A DNA stretch of 64,000 bases from an uncultured Actinomycetota bacterium (GCA_963811515.1 CAWERI010000008.1:120471-184470); one strand, 5' to 3'; counted from the first letter of the stretch, positions 23,979 to 36,983 are shown. Notes: generated from the sequence alone by a model not told the origin. Numbers and translations are program-made.

Positions 23979-26725
23979 AGTCGGGGTCGCCGACCGGGCC
24001 GTCGGCGCTCGTCCCGGAGCCGGCCTGGGCCTGGTTGGACCAGTTCTCCAGCTCGGCCATCACCGTGGGGTGCTTGTCGACGCAGACCACCACGAGGTCG
24101 CCGGGGTTGGCGCGCGACATCGCGTGCCGGACCGCCTCGATCTCGTCGAGGATGATCTCCAGCTGCTTGCAGCGCGCGCCCGCCTCCCGGCTGGACCGGA
24201 CGCCCTCGGCGACCAGCGCCGCGGTCTCGCCACGCTTGCGGCCGCGCAGCGACACGTCCTCGCGGACCACCACGACGTCGAAGTGCTGGGCGGCGATGGC
24301 GCCGAGCTCGCGCATGTCGTCGTCGCGCCGGTCGCCGGCGGTGGCGATCACGCCGATCCGGGACGGACGGCCCAGCTCGCTGGTGGTCGCCATGCTCTCC
24401 CCGACCCGGTCCACGAAGTCGCCGAGCGCCTTCATGCCCGGGGCGTTGTGGCAGTAGTCGACGATGACCTGCACGCCGTTGACCTCGACCTCGTTGAGCC
24501 GGCCGGGGGAGAGGTAGTAGCTCGTGGAGAAGGTCCGCAGGCCCTGCCGGATGTCGTGCAGCGGTGCACCGGCGGCGAACGCCGCGGCAGCCGCGGCCAG
24601 GGCGTTCTGCACGTTCATCCGGGCCTTGCCGCCGAACGTCGCGGGCAGCAGGTGGGTCCAGGCGAGCTGCATCTCGCGGCGACCGTGCTTGACCACGATC
24701 ATCTCGCCGCGGTCGCTGGGCTCGAGGACCAGCGCCTTGCCGCCGCGGCGGCAGTGCGCGTCGATCATGTCGCGCTCCTCCGAGCCGGGCTCGGACATCG
24801 AGAACCAGACGACCTGCCCGGAGCACTTGCGGCGCATCGCGCGGACCAGCGGGTCGTCGGCGTTCAGCACGGCGTGGCCGTCGCGCGGGACCGCCTCGAC
24901 GATCACCGCCTTGACGTCGGCGAGCTGCTCGACGGTGTCGATGCCGCGCAGGCCGAGGTGGTCGGGCTGCACGTTGAGGACCACCGCGACGTCGTTGCGC
25001 TCGTAGCCGAGGCCCTCGCGCAGGATGCCGCCGCGGGCGACCTCGAAGACCCCGAAGTCCACGCGCGGGTTCTGCAGCACCATCCGGGCGGACTTCGGCC
25101 CGGACGCGTCGGAGCGGATCACCAGGCGCTCGTCGATGACGACGCCGTCGGTCGAGGTCATGCCGACCTTGCGGCCCATGCCCTTGAAGATGTGCGAGAT
25201 CATCCGCGAGGTCGTCGTCTTGCCGTTGGTGCCGGTGACGGCCACGATCGGGATCCGGCTCGGGGCACCGGGCGGGAACAGCATGTCCACGACGGGCTTG
25301 GAGATGAACTGCGGCTCGCCGATGGTCGGGTGCGTGTGCATCCGGAAGCCCGGGGCGGCGTTCACCTCGCAGATCGCGCCGCCGGTCTCGCGGACCGGCT
25401 CGGTGATGTCGGGGCAGATGAAGTCGATGCCGGCGATGTCGAGGCCGACCATCCGGGCGGCCTCCTCGGCGATCTCGACGTTCTCGGGGTGCGCCTCGAA
25501 GGTGCGGTCGATCGAGATGCCGCCGGTCGACATGTTGCCGGTCAGGGTGAGCTTGACCGTCTCGCCCGCGGGCGGCACGTCGCCGAGCTTGTAGCCCTGG
25601 TCGGCGAGCAGCGCGACCGCGGCGTCGTCGACCTTGATCCGGGTGAGCACCTTCTCGTGGCCGACGCCGCGGCGCGGGTCCGCGTTGGTCAGCTCGACGA
25701 GGTCCTCGATGCTGGTCTGGCCGTCGCCGATCACGTGCGCGGGCACCCGCTCGGCGACCGCGGCGAGCCGGCCGTCGATGATCAGGCAGCGGTAGTCGCG
25801 GCCGGTGATGTAGGACTCCACGATCACGATGCCGCGACGGGACTGGTCCTTGGCGATCGGGAACGCCTCGCGGACGTCGTCGGCGTCCTTGAGGTCCAGG
25901 CAGACGCCCCGGCCGTGGTTGCCGTCGAGCGGCTTGACGACGACCGGGAAGCCGATCCGCTCCGCGACGGTGGCGGCCTGGTCGGCGGTGCGCACGGACT
26001 CCTGCTTGGGCACCGGGAGGCCGGCGGCACCGAGCAGCCGGGTGGTGAGGTCCTTGTCGGAGGCCACGTCGACGGCGATGGCGCTGGTGGCCGACGTCAT
26101 CGTCGCGCGGATCCGCTTCTGGTGGACGCCCTGGCCGAGCTGCACCAGCGAGTGCTGGTTGAGCCGGATCCAGGGGATGTCGCGGGAGACGGCCTCGTCG
26201 ATGATCGCCTGCGTCGAGGGGCCGAACGACGTGCGCTCGGCGCGCAGGATGAAGGCCTCGCGCTCCTTGTCCCAGTCGAACTCCGGGTCGGCCTGGACGA
26301 GGTGGTTCACCAGGCGTACGGCGAGCCGGGCCGCCGCGATGCCGACCTGCTCGTCGACGTACCCGTAGACGATGTTGTAGCGGCCCTTCTGGCCCTTGAC
26401 CGAGCGGGTCTTGCCGCGCCGGATGTCGTGGCCGACCTCCTGCTGCAGCGCCAGGGCGGCGTGCTCGGCGACGTGGCCGAGCCAGGTGCCCTCGTTGAGC
26501 CGCTCCACGAAGCCGCCGCGCCGGCCGCGCGAGCAGGAGTGCTCCCGCAGGCCGGGCAGCAGCTGCAGCAGGTTGTCGGTGAACCCGCGCCAGCGTGTTG
26601 GTCGGGAACTCCTCGAGCGACCCGAGGTCCACGACGAGGTGGATCGCCTTGTCGTAGGACCAGACGTTCGCCCCGCGGTAGACGCGGGTCTCGAGGATCG
26701 ACAGGTCGGGGGACGGGGTGCTCAT
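23968..26725 (-). CDS. cphA: Cyanophycin synthetase CphA (N domain, ATP-grasp G domain, Mur-ligase M domain), one frameshift
   Basis: An 846-aa uninterrupted frame carries the ATP-grasp region (GFPVVVKPLDGNHGRGV) and the M domain (IVAVTGTNGKTTTSRM, VLNVQPDHLG, VIVDYCHNAPG). About 70 further N-terminal residues (MSTPSPDLSILETRVYRGANVWSYDKAIHLVVDLGSL) are in an adjacent frame, with a single break near 26575. Confidence 0.85.
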
Positions 26726-27729
26726 GTGTGATCTCCTTCGGCCGACTGGCGGGCACGGCGGCGCCGCAGCACGGTGGGTGAGATGTCGCCCGCGGCGATG
26801 TCCCGAGCCAACCGTTTCAGGTCGCGTCCCGCAACCGCGAGCTCCTCGGCCTCGCCGGGGTCGACGACCGGCGCCTGGCGCACCAGCGTCTTCTCGGTCA
26901 GGTTGAACACCGAGCCGGCCGGCAGCACGTGCAGGACGACGCCGGAGGCGAGCAGGGGAGCGGTACGACGGGCCTCGTGCGCGTTCGACACCACGTTGCG
27001 GCCGTCGAACACGGTCACCACGCCGCGGCCCACGACGCGCATGATCTCCGCGCCGTCCTCCTCGGTGATCACGGCGCCGGTGTCCTCGTCGACGCCGATG
27101 CCGAGCAGGCCCGGGCTCTGGGCGACGAGCATCAGCAGCCGGCCGTAGCGGTTGCGCTGCCCGAAGTGCTGGTCGATGACCACGTCGCGGATCAGCCCGA
27201 GGCCGGCCGCGAGCTGGGTCATCCGCTGCTTGGGGGTCGAGCCGCCGGTGCCGAAGGCGACCATGTGCGAGGACTGGATGCTGGCGCCGGCGCTGGTGCC
27301 GCCGACGACGACCCCGCGGGCGTGGGCGGCCTTGATGGCCTCGCCGAACGCGGTGCCGTTGACGATCGCGGACAGCTTGAGCTGGTTGCCGCCGGTCATG
27401 AAGATGCCGGTGACGTCGTCGAGCAGGCCGACGACGTCGGGGTCCTCGGCCTCCTCGCGGCTCTCCGGCCGTGCGGCGACGACGTCGGCCGCGCCGAGCT
27501 TGCGGAACAGGGCGTCGTACACCTCGACGACCTCGGGTCCCAGCGAGCTCGCGGTCGGGATGACGGCGATCTTGGCGTCGGCGCCGCCGGCGAGGGAGAC
27601 GAAGGTCTTGAGCACCGTCCGGCGGCCGAGCTTGTCCTCGGCACCGCCGATGGCGATGAGTGGTCCGGGTCCTGAGGGGGAGTCCTGTCTGTCGATGTCG
27701 GCTTCGCGGGCATCTGGACCGTTCGGCAT
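26722..27729 (-). CDS. cphB: Cyanophycinase CphB (peptidase S51)
   Basis: Intact frame from MPNGPDARE. PLIAIGGAEDK, the catalytic Ser region GGTSAGASI, and QHFGQRNRYGRL are present. The stop overlaps the cphA start (ATGA). Confidence 0.85.
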   Translation of the reverse strand: MPNGPDAREADIDRQDSPSGPGPLIAIGGAEDKLGRRTVLKTFVSLAGGADAKIAVIPTASSLGPEVVEVYDALFRKLGAADVVAARPESREEAEDPDVVGLLDDVTGIFMTGGNQLKLSAIVNGTAFGEAIKAAHARGVVVGGTSAGASIQSSHMVAFGTGGSTPKQRMTQLAAGLGLIRDVVIDQHFGQRNRYGRLLMLVAQSPGLLGIGVDEDTGAVITEEDGAEIMRVVGRGVVTVFDGRNVVSNAHEARRTAPLLASGVVLHVLPAGSVFNLTEKTLVRQAPVVDPGEAEELAVAGRDLKRLARDIAAGDISPTVLRRRRARQSAEGDHT

Positions 27730-27762
27730 GCAGCGCAGCCTACGGGGTGCCAGAGTTGGCCC

Positions 27763-28286
27763 GTGACTGACCGGCGGCGCTTGATCGTGATGCGGCACGC
27801 GAAGGCCGAGCCCTTCGCGTCGAGCGACCACGCCCGCCCCCTGACCGACCGCGGACTGGCCGGGGCGCAGGGCCGCGGGCGACGCACCTGCGCGAGCTCG
27901 GGGTCGCTCCCGACTACGCCGTGGTCTCCTCCGCGCTGCGCACCCGGCAGACGTGGGACGCCGTCGTCGAGGTCGGCCGGCTTCACGGACGTCGAGGTCT
28001 CCTTCGACGACGCGGTCTTCACCGGCAGCCCCGACGTGGTCCTCGAGGCGCTGCGGGCCGCACCGGCGGACGCCGGGACGGTGATGTTCGTGGGCCACAA
28101 CCCCACCGCCGCGTTCCTGTGCCACTTCCTCGACGACGGCGAGGGCGACCCCGCTGCCGTCTCCGAGCTGCTGCACGGCTTCCCGCCCGGGGCGGTCGCC
28201 GCTGCTCGAGGTGCGGCGTCCCGTGGGCCGACCTCGGCGCCGAGACCGCCCGCGTCGTCGGCTTCCACGATCGGCCAGGGCCCTGA
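27763..28286 (+). CDS. Histidine phosphatase family protein (SixA-like), frameshifted
   Basis: LIVMRHAKAEP and RPLTDRG form the RHG motif region. VMFVGHNPTAAFL is also present. Two frame breaks. Confidence 0.55.
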
Positions 28287-28307
28287 GCCCGCGCGGCCGA
28301 CTCGGGT

Positions 28308-29528
<1,221 letters not shown>

Positions 29529-29542
29529 GTCGCGCGCCGAGG

Positions 29543-30154
29543 CTAACGGTCCCAGGGGAACGAGCAGGCGGCCACCAGGCCCCGTCTCGCAGCGTGGTCC
29601 AGCGGCGCGAGGGCCTGCCGGCGGGCGTCCGCCTCGGCCGCGGTGATGCTGCCGCCGTCGTCCTCGAGCGCGAGGTCGACGATCGTGCGGCAGCGGGTGG
29701 CGAGCGCGGCCAGGCGTACGGCGCGGGGCGCCATGCCGTGCGGGAACACGAAGTCGGCGGCCTGCCGCAGGGCCATCAGCTCGTCGGCGACCTCGGGACG
29801 CCAGCGGGCCACGTCGAGGTCGGCGAGCACGTCCGTCGTCCGCACGAGGGTCTGGCGCAGCGACTGGTCGGCCTCGGACGGGTCGGGGACCTGGCGGCGC
29901 GACACGGCGGGGTGGCAGCTCCACACGACGCCGGCACCGGCCCGGTGCGGCACCAGGCCGAGGTCCGCACCGTCGAGCACGACCCCCTCGCCGACCTCGA
30001 CGACCTCGAGGTTGAAGGCGCTCGGGCCGGCCAGGCCGAGCGGGTCGCCGGGGACGGGGAGCGCGATCCCGGCACCCGTCGCCCCGTGGCTGCGCAGCCG
30101 GCCGAGCGCGACGATCAGCGGCTGGGGCCCGTCCGACCCGGGGAGCCCCACCAC
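29543..30154 (-). CDS. Hypothetical protein (conserved-looking frame extends to about 30240 without a start codon)
   Basis: A 203-aa ORF from GTG. The same frame upstream reads PDSARFALWFSAWAAGATSLDDTRDAIVGDDAAHD with no ATG, GTG or TTG. No family was recognised. Confidence 0.35.
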   Translation of the reverse strand: MVGLPGSDGPQPLIVALGRLRSHGATGAGIALPVPGDPLGLAGPSAFNLEVVEVGEGVVLDGADLGLVPHRAGAGVVWSCHPAVSRRQVPDPSEADQSLRQTLVRTTDVLADLDVARWRPEVADELMALRQAADFVFPHGMAPRAVRLAALATRCRTIVDLALEDDGGSITAAEADARRQALAPLDHAARRGLVAACSFPWDR

Positions 30155-30392
30155 GTCGTGGGCCGCGTCGTCGCCGACGATCGCGTCGCGGGTGTCGTCC
30201 AGGCTGGTCGCGCCGGCGGCCCACGCCGAGAACCACAGCGCGAACCGCGCCGAGTCAGGGAAGGGGTGGAGAGCTCACGCGACGAGGTTACGCAGCCGGC
30301 TGACGGCCGGTCGCCGCGCCCTGGGCGGTGGTGTTCCGTATAGGTTGGGCCCGGCACGAAGCCGTCGACGCACGAGGGAGACCCCGCACCAC

Positions 30393-31194
30393 ATGGACGC
30401 CGTTCTCGAGCTGGCCGACGTCACCGTGCGTCGCGGGCAGGCCACGTTGATCGAAGGGATCGACTGGACCGTCGAGGAGGACGAGCGCTGGGTGGTGCTC
30501 GGACCCAACGGCGCCGGCAAGACCACGCTGCTCCAGGTCGCCTCCGCGCAGATCCACCCGACCTCCGGCGTCGCCGGGATCCTGGGCGAGGTGCTCGGCA
30601 CCGTCGACGTGTTCGAGCTGCGGCCGCGGATCGGGCTGACCAGCGCCGCGCTCGCCGAGCGGATCCCCCGCGAGGAGCGCGTGCACGACGTGGTGGTCTC
30701 CGCCTCGTACGGCGTGCTCGGGCGCTGGCGCGAGCACTACGACGACCTCGACCACGCCCGCGCCGAGGAGCTGCTCACCGAGGTCGGCGCCGGCCGGCTG
30801 ACCGACCGCACGTTCGGGACCCTGTCCGAGGGCGAGCGCAAGCGCGTGCAGATCGCCCGGGCGCTGATGACCGACCCCGAGCTGCTGCTGCTCGACGAGC
30901 CGGCGGCCGGACTCGACCTGGGCGGCCGCGAGGACCTGGTCTCCACCCTGTCGGTGCTCGCGATGGACCTGATGTCGCCGGCGACGGTGCTGGTGTCCCA
31001 CCACGTCGAGGAGATCCCGCCCGGGCTTCACGCACGCGCTGCTGCTGCGCGAGGGCAAGGTCGTCGCGGCCGGTCCGCTGGAGCACGTGCTGACCGAGGA
31101 GATCGTCTCGACGACGTTCGGGATGCCGATGACGTTGCGCCACGAGGACGGCCGCTGGGCGGCGCGTCGACGTGCCCGGCACCTGAACCCCTGA
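30393..31194 (+). CDS. ABC transporter ATP-binding protein, one frameshift
   Basis: GPNGAGKTTLL, LSEGERKRVQIAR and LLLDEPAAGLD are present. There is a frame break near 31025. The C-terminus is REGKVVAAGPLEHVL. Confidence 0.75.
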
Positions 31195-31211
31195 CGGCTA
31201 GGCTGGACAGC

Positions 31212-31672
31212 ATGAACCTCCCGGACGGGTTCGACGCGTGGGCGGCCTGGCTCGGCCTGGCCGTCGCCCTCGGCGTGCTCGAGCTGTTCAGCCTCGACCT
31301 GATCCTGCTGATGCTCGCCGCCGGCGCGATCGTCGGCATGGTGGTGTCGCTGACCGGGGTCGACCTGTGGGTGCAGGTGGTCGGCCGCGGTGGTCGCCTC
31401 CGTCGCCGTCCTCGGCGTGGTGCGCCCCAGCGTGGTCAAGCGGCTGCACACCGGCCCGACCCTCGTCCTCGGGCACGACGCGCTGGTCGGCAGGCAGGGC
31501 CTCGTGGTCGAGGAGATCTCCAGCCAGGCCGGCCAGATCCGGGTCGGCGGCGAGATCTGGACGGCCCGCCCGTACGACGAGGACCAGGTCATCCCGGTCG
31601 GCGCGCAAGGTCGACATCTTCCAGATCAAGGGCGCCACCGCGCTCGTGCACCACGTCCCCGAGCTCGGCTAG
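31212..31672 (+). CDS. NfeD-family membrane protein (partner of SPFH protein), one frameshift
   Basis: TM N-terminus LAVALGVLELFSLDLILLMLAAGAIVGMVV and C-terminal OB-fold region GQIRVGGEIWTARPY ... KGATALVHHV. Confidence 0.6.
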
Positions 31673-31727
31673 GCCGACCGGGACCACCGTCCACGCTGGA
31701 CCACCGAAGAACAGAGAGGGGGCACCG

Positions 31728-32838
31728 ATGTACCTACTGGTGCTGTTCGTGCTGATCGTGGCGTTCGCCGTCGCGGTCCTGGCCAAGACCATCCGCATCG
31801 TCCCGCAGGCCCGCGCCGGGATCGTCGAGCGGTTCGGCAAGTACAAGGCGAGCCTGCCGGCCGGGCTGAACATCGTCGTGCCGTTCGTCGACAAGGTGCG
31901 CTACATGATCGACCTGCGCGAGCAGGTGGTCTCGTTCCCGCCGCAGCCGGTGATCACCGAGGACAACCTGGTGGTCTCCATCGACACCGTCATCTACTTC
32001 CAGGTCACCGACCCGGTCGCCGCGACGTACGAGATCGCCAACTACATCCAGGCCGTCGAGCAGCTGACGATGACCACGCTGCGCAACATCGTCGGCGGCA
32101 TGGACCTCGAGCAGGCGCTGACCAGCCGCGACGAGATCAACAACCGGCTGCGCGGCGTGCTCGACGAGGCCACCGGCAAGTGGGGCATCCGGGTCAACCG
32201 GGTGGAGCTCAAGGGCATCGACCCGCCGCCGTCGATCAAGGACTCGATGGAGAAGCAGATGCGCGCCGACCGCGACAAGCGCGCGGCGATCCTCACCGCC
32301 GAGGGCCAGCGGCAGTCCGCGATCCTCACCGCCGAGGGTGGCAAGCAGGCCGCGATCCTGAACGCCGAGGGTGACCGCGAGTCGCTGATCCTGCGCGCGC
32401 AGGCCGACCGGGAGTCGCGGATCCTCAAGGCGCAGGGTGAGGGGCAGGCCATCCAGACGGTCTTCCAGGCGATCCACGACGGGCGCCCGGACCAGTCCCT
32501 GCTGGCCTACCAGTACCTCCAGATGATGCCGAAGATCGCCGAGGGCAGCGCCAACAAGGTGTGGATCGTGCCCAGCGAGATCGGCAAGGCGCTCGAGGGT
32601 CTCGGCTCCACGATGAACTCGCTGTCCGGCATCCCCGACAAGGTCGACGGTCCGGTGCACCCGCGTGGACATGGGCCCGGCCGAGCCCGACGTGCCGATG
32701 GACGCCGCCCTGGAGACCACCCACGCGGAGGTGGCCGCCGCCATCGCCGCCGCCGAGGCGTCGAGCAACCTGCGCACGCCCATGCCCCCGGCCACGCCCA
32801 CGGCCGAGCCGGACCCCGGGGAGCCCACCGCCCAGTGA
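31728..32838 (+). CDS. SPFH/band-7 (stomatin/prohibitin-like) protein, one frameshift
   Basis: MYLLVLFVLIVAFAVAVL TM segment, IVPQARAGIVERFGKY, TEDNLVVSIDTVIYFQVTDP, and a repeat-rich coiled-coil tail AILTAEG. Confidence 0.8.
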
Positions 32839-32849
32839 GCCCCCTGGAG

Positions 32850-33608
32850 ATGACGGCGATCTTCTTCGCGGGGATGGCCGCCGGCACCATCAACACCGTG
32901 GTGGGGTCGGGAACGTTGATCACGTTCCCGACCCTTCTCGCGATCGGGATCCCCCCGGTGACCGCCAACGTGTCCAACACCCTCGGCCTGGTGCCGGGCT
33001 CGCTGTCCGGGGCGATCGGCTACCGCCGCGAGCTGGCCGGCCAGCGCCAGCGGCTGGTCCGGCTCGGCTCCGCGTCCGTGCTCGGCGGCGTCACCGGGGC
33101 CGTGCTGCTGCTGGTGCTGCCCGGCCGACGCCTTCCAGGCGATCGTGCCGGTGCTGATCGCGCTCGGCTGCGTGCTGGTGGTGCTCCAGCCGATGATCAG
33201 CCGGCGGGTGGCCGCCCGGGCCGCCTCGCGCGGCGTCGAGCGGCCCGAGCACGGCGCGCTCTGGGTGTGGCTGCTGGTGTACGGCGCCGGGGTGTACGGC
33301 GGCTACTTCGGCGCCGCGCAGGGCGTGCTGCTGATGGCGATCCTCGGCGTCGGCCTCACCGAGACGATGCAGCGCAACAACGCCACCAAGAACGTGCTCG
33401 CCCTGCTGGTCAACCTGGTGGCCGCGATCCTGTTCATCTTCGTGGCCGACATGAACTGGACCGTCGCGGGCCTGATCGCCGTGGGCTCGGTGATCGGCGG
33501 CCAGATCGGCGCGACCGTCGGGCGGCGGCTGCCGGCGTGGGCGCTGCGCGGCGTTCATCGTGGTGGTCGGGCGTCGTGGCCCTGACCCAGTTCCTGATCG
33601 CCAGCTGA
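32850..33608 (+). CDS. TauE/SafE (DUF81) sulfite-exporter-family membrane protein, frameshifted
   Basis: MTAIFFAGMAAGTINTVVGSGTLITFPTLLAIGIPPVTANVSNTLGL, and a second half with VYGGYFGAAQGVLLMAILGV. Confidence 0.6.
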   Translation: MTAIFFAGMAAGTINTVVGSGTLITFPTLLAIGIPPVTANVSNTLGLVPGSLSGAIGYRRELAGQRQRLVRLGSASVLGGVTGAVLLLVLPGRRLPGDRAGADRARLRAGGAPADDQPAGGRPGRLARRRAARARRALGVAAGVRRRGVRRLLRRRAGRAADGDPRRRPHRDDAAQQRHQERARPAGQPGGRDPVHLRGRHELDRRGPDRRGLGDRRPDRRDRRAAAAGVGAARRSSWWSGVVALTQFLIAS

Positions 33609-33623
33609 CCCGCCGCGGCCGGG

Positions 33624-34376
33624 TCAGTCGGTGAAGCAGAGCGCCCGGAAGCGGGCGAGCAGGTCGTCGGGGACGGCGGACGTGTCGAGCTCGACCCGGC
33701 CGTAGAGCCAGAGCAGCAGGTCCGCGGCGCGGCGCCTCGACGACCGGCACGCCGGCGCGTGCCGCCGCGGTCGACGTGCGCCGTGCCGGGCCGGGACCCG
33801 TCGGACAGCGTCCAGGCGTCGCCCGGTGTCCGTGGCGCGGAGGGTGAACGCGCCGTCCAGCGCGGGCTCCGGCGGGTCGTCGGGGTCGTCCTCGGACGCG
33901 ACCGAGAAGGCCAGGAACTCGTCGACGGAGTCGGCGGCGACCGCCGGGTCGATGACCAGCGCGTCACCGGCGGCGTGCACGGCGTCCCAGTGGTGCACCG
34001 CCGCCTCCTGGACCTGGTGGCGGGTCACGAAGGCGACGTCCTGCTGCCAGCCGGCCCAGGTCCAGCAGAAGGCGGCCTGGTCGGCCTCGCGGAGCACCTC
34101 GACGAGGCGGGCGGCCCCGGTCACGAAGGCGTCGACCAGCTCGTCGTCGGCGCACCGGCGCCGGGCGCCGGGACTCGCGCCGGCGGCGCGTCGAGCCGCT
34201 CCTCCACGATCGTGCCCCAGAACCAGTGCACCTCGGTGAGGTGCCAGACCAGGTCGGCCACCGACCAGCCGGGACAGTGCTCGACCCGGGCGTCGAGGTG
34301 GTCGCGGGTGGCGTCGGCGAACCCGGCGCTGTGCACGGTGATCGCGGCGATCGCAGTCGAAGGTCGAGAGCGTCAT
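33624..34376 (-). CDS. Mycothiol-dependent maleylpyruvate-isomerase-like / DinB-fold protein (TIGR03083 family), frameshifted
   Basis: [28 protein letters not shown] and [30 protein letters not shown] are present. Confidence 0.5.
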   Translation of the reverse strand: MTLSTFDCDRRDHRAQRRVRRRHPRPPRRPGRALSRLVGGRPGLAPHRGALVLGHDRGGAARRAAGASPGARRRCADDELVDAFVTGAARLVEVLREADQAAFCWTWAGWQQDVAFVTRHQVQEAAVHHWDAVHAAGDALVIDPAVAADSVDEFLAFSVASEDDPDDPPEPALDGAFTLRATDTGRRLDAVRRVPARHGARRPRRHAPACRSSRRRAADLLLWLYGRVELDTSAVPDDLLARFRALCFTD

Positions 34377-34385
34377 GCCGGCAAC

Positions 34386-35388
34386 CTAGCCGCCGACCTC
34401 CGACACTCCGGCACCGCGGGTTTCTCAGGCCGACGTAGGCGTCCATCCAGCGGGTGATCTCCTCGAACACCCGGGTCCGGACCGGCTCCGCGGACAGCGT
34501 GACGTCGTGCAGCGCGCCCTCCACGCGGACCAGCGTCACGTGGTCGGCGAGCTTGTGGGCCCACTTCCGGATCAGCTCGACGTCGAGCACGATGTCGGTG
34601 CGCGAGCACGACTCGTCGTACTCCTTGGGGTGCCCGCTGCTCGCGGACGTGAGCACCAGCACCGGCGCCGTGACGTCGAGCCCCCGGTGCGCCCGCGCGT
34701 GCCCCCGGCGTACGGCGCGCAGCCAGCCGGCGTACACCGGCCAGGACTCGAGCGGCTTCCAGGCCAGGTCGAAGTCCCACTCGCCGTCGTGCGTCGTGGT
34801 GCAGGCTGCGGGCGTAGAAGCCGGACACGTCGCGGGGGATCGTCGAGGTAGGGCCGGCGCGCGCCGATCTGGTCGATCGCCTTGGTGCCGGCGGTGCGCA
34901 GCAGCAGGCTGCCCTGCAGGTCGAGCCAGGGGGAGTTGAGCACCAGCGCCGCCACGTCCGGCGCGCGGTCGTGCACCCACAGCGGGGTGACCAGGCCGCC
35001 GGTCGAGTGCGCGGTGACGACGACGTGGTCGTGGCCGTCGCGCTCGGTGATCAGCCGGTAGGCCTCGTCGAGCTCCTCGTAGTAGGCGCTCAGGTCGGTC
35101 ACGAAGTTCGGCGTCTGGTGCTCGCGCAGCGAGCGGCCGTACTTGCGCAGGTCGAGGGCGTAGAAGTCGTAGCCGCGGGCCACCCAGTAGTCGGCGGCCG
35201 GGGTCTGGAAGAAGTAGTCGGCGAAGCCGTGCACGTGCAGGACCGCCTTGCCGCGCGGCCCGCGCGAGGGCCGGTGCACGAGGGTCGCGACGACCGCACC
35301 CTCGTCGTCGTCGGCCAGCTCGAGGGTCTCGGCGCGGTAGGGCTGGCCCAGGACGTCGACGGTGCGCTCGTGACTCACGTCGACATCC
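34386..35388 (-). CDS. Alpha/beta hydrolase (lysophospholipase / monoacylglycerol-lipase-like), one frameshift
   Basis: [12 protein letters not shown], the nucleophile elbow VTAHSTGGL, and a C-terminal region ending WMDAYVGL. Confidence 0.65.
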
Positions 35389-35449
35389 TGCCGTACGGGT
35401 CCAGCGGGACGCCGACGGCCCGGCCCCCGCGCGGGGAGCCGGGCCGTCG

Positions 35450-36983
35450 TCACGCGATGCGTGGGTCAGATGACGCCTTCGCGGTCGGTCGGGCCGGGGG
35501 CCGGCGCCTTCTCGTCGTTGCCCGGCGAGCACGGCCTCCTCGATGCGCTTGCCGGTGTCCGCGTCCACGTTCTTCCAGTACTCGAAGACGCGGGGCAGGG
35601 TCTCGGGCTTCACGCCGCCGAGGATGTGACCGGCGACGTTGCCGACGAAGCGCTCGCGCTGGGCGTCGTCCCAGACCTCGCGGACCAGGGTCCCGGCCTG
35701 GCCGAAGTCGTCGTCGTCGGCGCGCAGGGCGTAGGCCTCGCGCACCATCTCGCCGTCGGCCTCCCAGCTGTCCTCGACCCCACCGGTGAGGTCGGAGTAG
35801 CCGCGGCCGTAGGAGTTCGGCGCGTAGACCGGCTCGTCGCCCGAGTGCTCGTAGGCCATCGGGCCGTCGAACGTGTAGGTGTTCGCGTCCTTCACCCGGT
35901 TCCGGTTGACCGGCAGCTGGTGGTAGTTCGGGCCGATGCGGTAGCGGTGCGTGTCGGCGTAGGCGAACACCCGGCCGAGCAGCATCTTGTCGGGGCTGAA
36001 CCCGATGCCCGGGACGATCGCGCTCGGCTCGAAGGCGGCCTGCTCGATCTGGGCGAAGAAGTTGTCCGGGTTCTTGTCCAGCGTCATCGTGCCGACCTTG
36101 ATCAGCGGGTAGTCGCCGTGCGGCCACACCTTGGTCAGGTCGAACGGGTTGAACCGGTAGGTCTTCGCGTCCTCGTAGGGCATCACCTGCACCTGCAGGG
36201 TCCAGGACGGGAAGTCGCCGTTCTCGATGGCCTCGTGCAGGTCGCGGCGGTGGAAGTCGGAGTCCTCGCCGGCGATCTTGTTCGCGGCCTCCTGGGTCAG
36301 GTTGTGCACGCCCTGGTCGGACTTGAAGTGGAACTTCACCCAGGACTTCTCGCCGGCGGCGTTGATCCACATGTAGGTGTGCGAGCCGTAGCCGTTCATC
36401 TCCCGCCACGAGGCCGGGATGCCGCGGTCACCCATCAGGTAGGTGACCTGGTGGGCCGACTCGGGGTTGTGGGTCCAGAAGTCCCACTGCATGTCGTTGT
36501 CGCGCAGGCCGGTGCCGCCGCGGCGCTTCTGCGAGCGGATGAAGTGCGGGAACTTCATCGTGTCGCGGACGAAGAACACCGGGGTGTTGTTGCCGACGAG
36601 GTCCCAGTTGCCCTCGGTCGTGTAGAACTTCAGCGCGAAGCCGCGGGGGTCGCGCCACGTGTCGGGGCTGCCCTGCTCGCCGGCCACCGTGGAGAACCGG
36701 GCCAGCATGTCGGTCTTCACGCCGGGCTGGAACAGCGCCGCCTTGGTGTACTGCGACACGTCCCGGTGGTCTCGAAGGTGCCGAAGGCGCCGGAGCCCTT
36801 GGCGTGCACGTTGCGCTCCGGGACGCGCTCCCGGTTGAAGTGCGCCATCTGGTTGATGAAGTGGTGGTCGTGCAGCAGGATCGGGCCGGTGTCGCCCAGC
36901 GTCAGCGAGTTGCGGTCGCTGGGTGCCGGTGCGCCGGACTCGGTGGTCGATCCACCGTTGGGTCGGGCCTCGATGTCGGTCAT
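35450..36983 (-). CDS. katA: Monofunctional heme catalase, about three frameshifts
   Basis: [40 protein letters not shown] and [13 protein letters not shown] are spread over three frames. GGAGGA RBS. The exact 3' end is uncertain. Confidence 0.8.

Noticed and set aside
29643-33608. 1321-aa ORF on the plus strand
   Set aside because: It is a read-through artefact. It concatenates an ABC ATPase, an NfeD protein, an SPFH protein and a TauE protein, which are four separate genes with their own starts and stops in adjacent frames. The joins come from frameshifts and from the scarcity of stop codons at this GC content.
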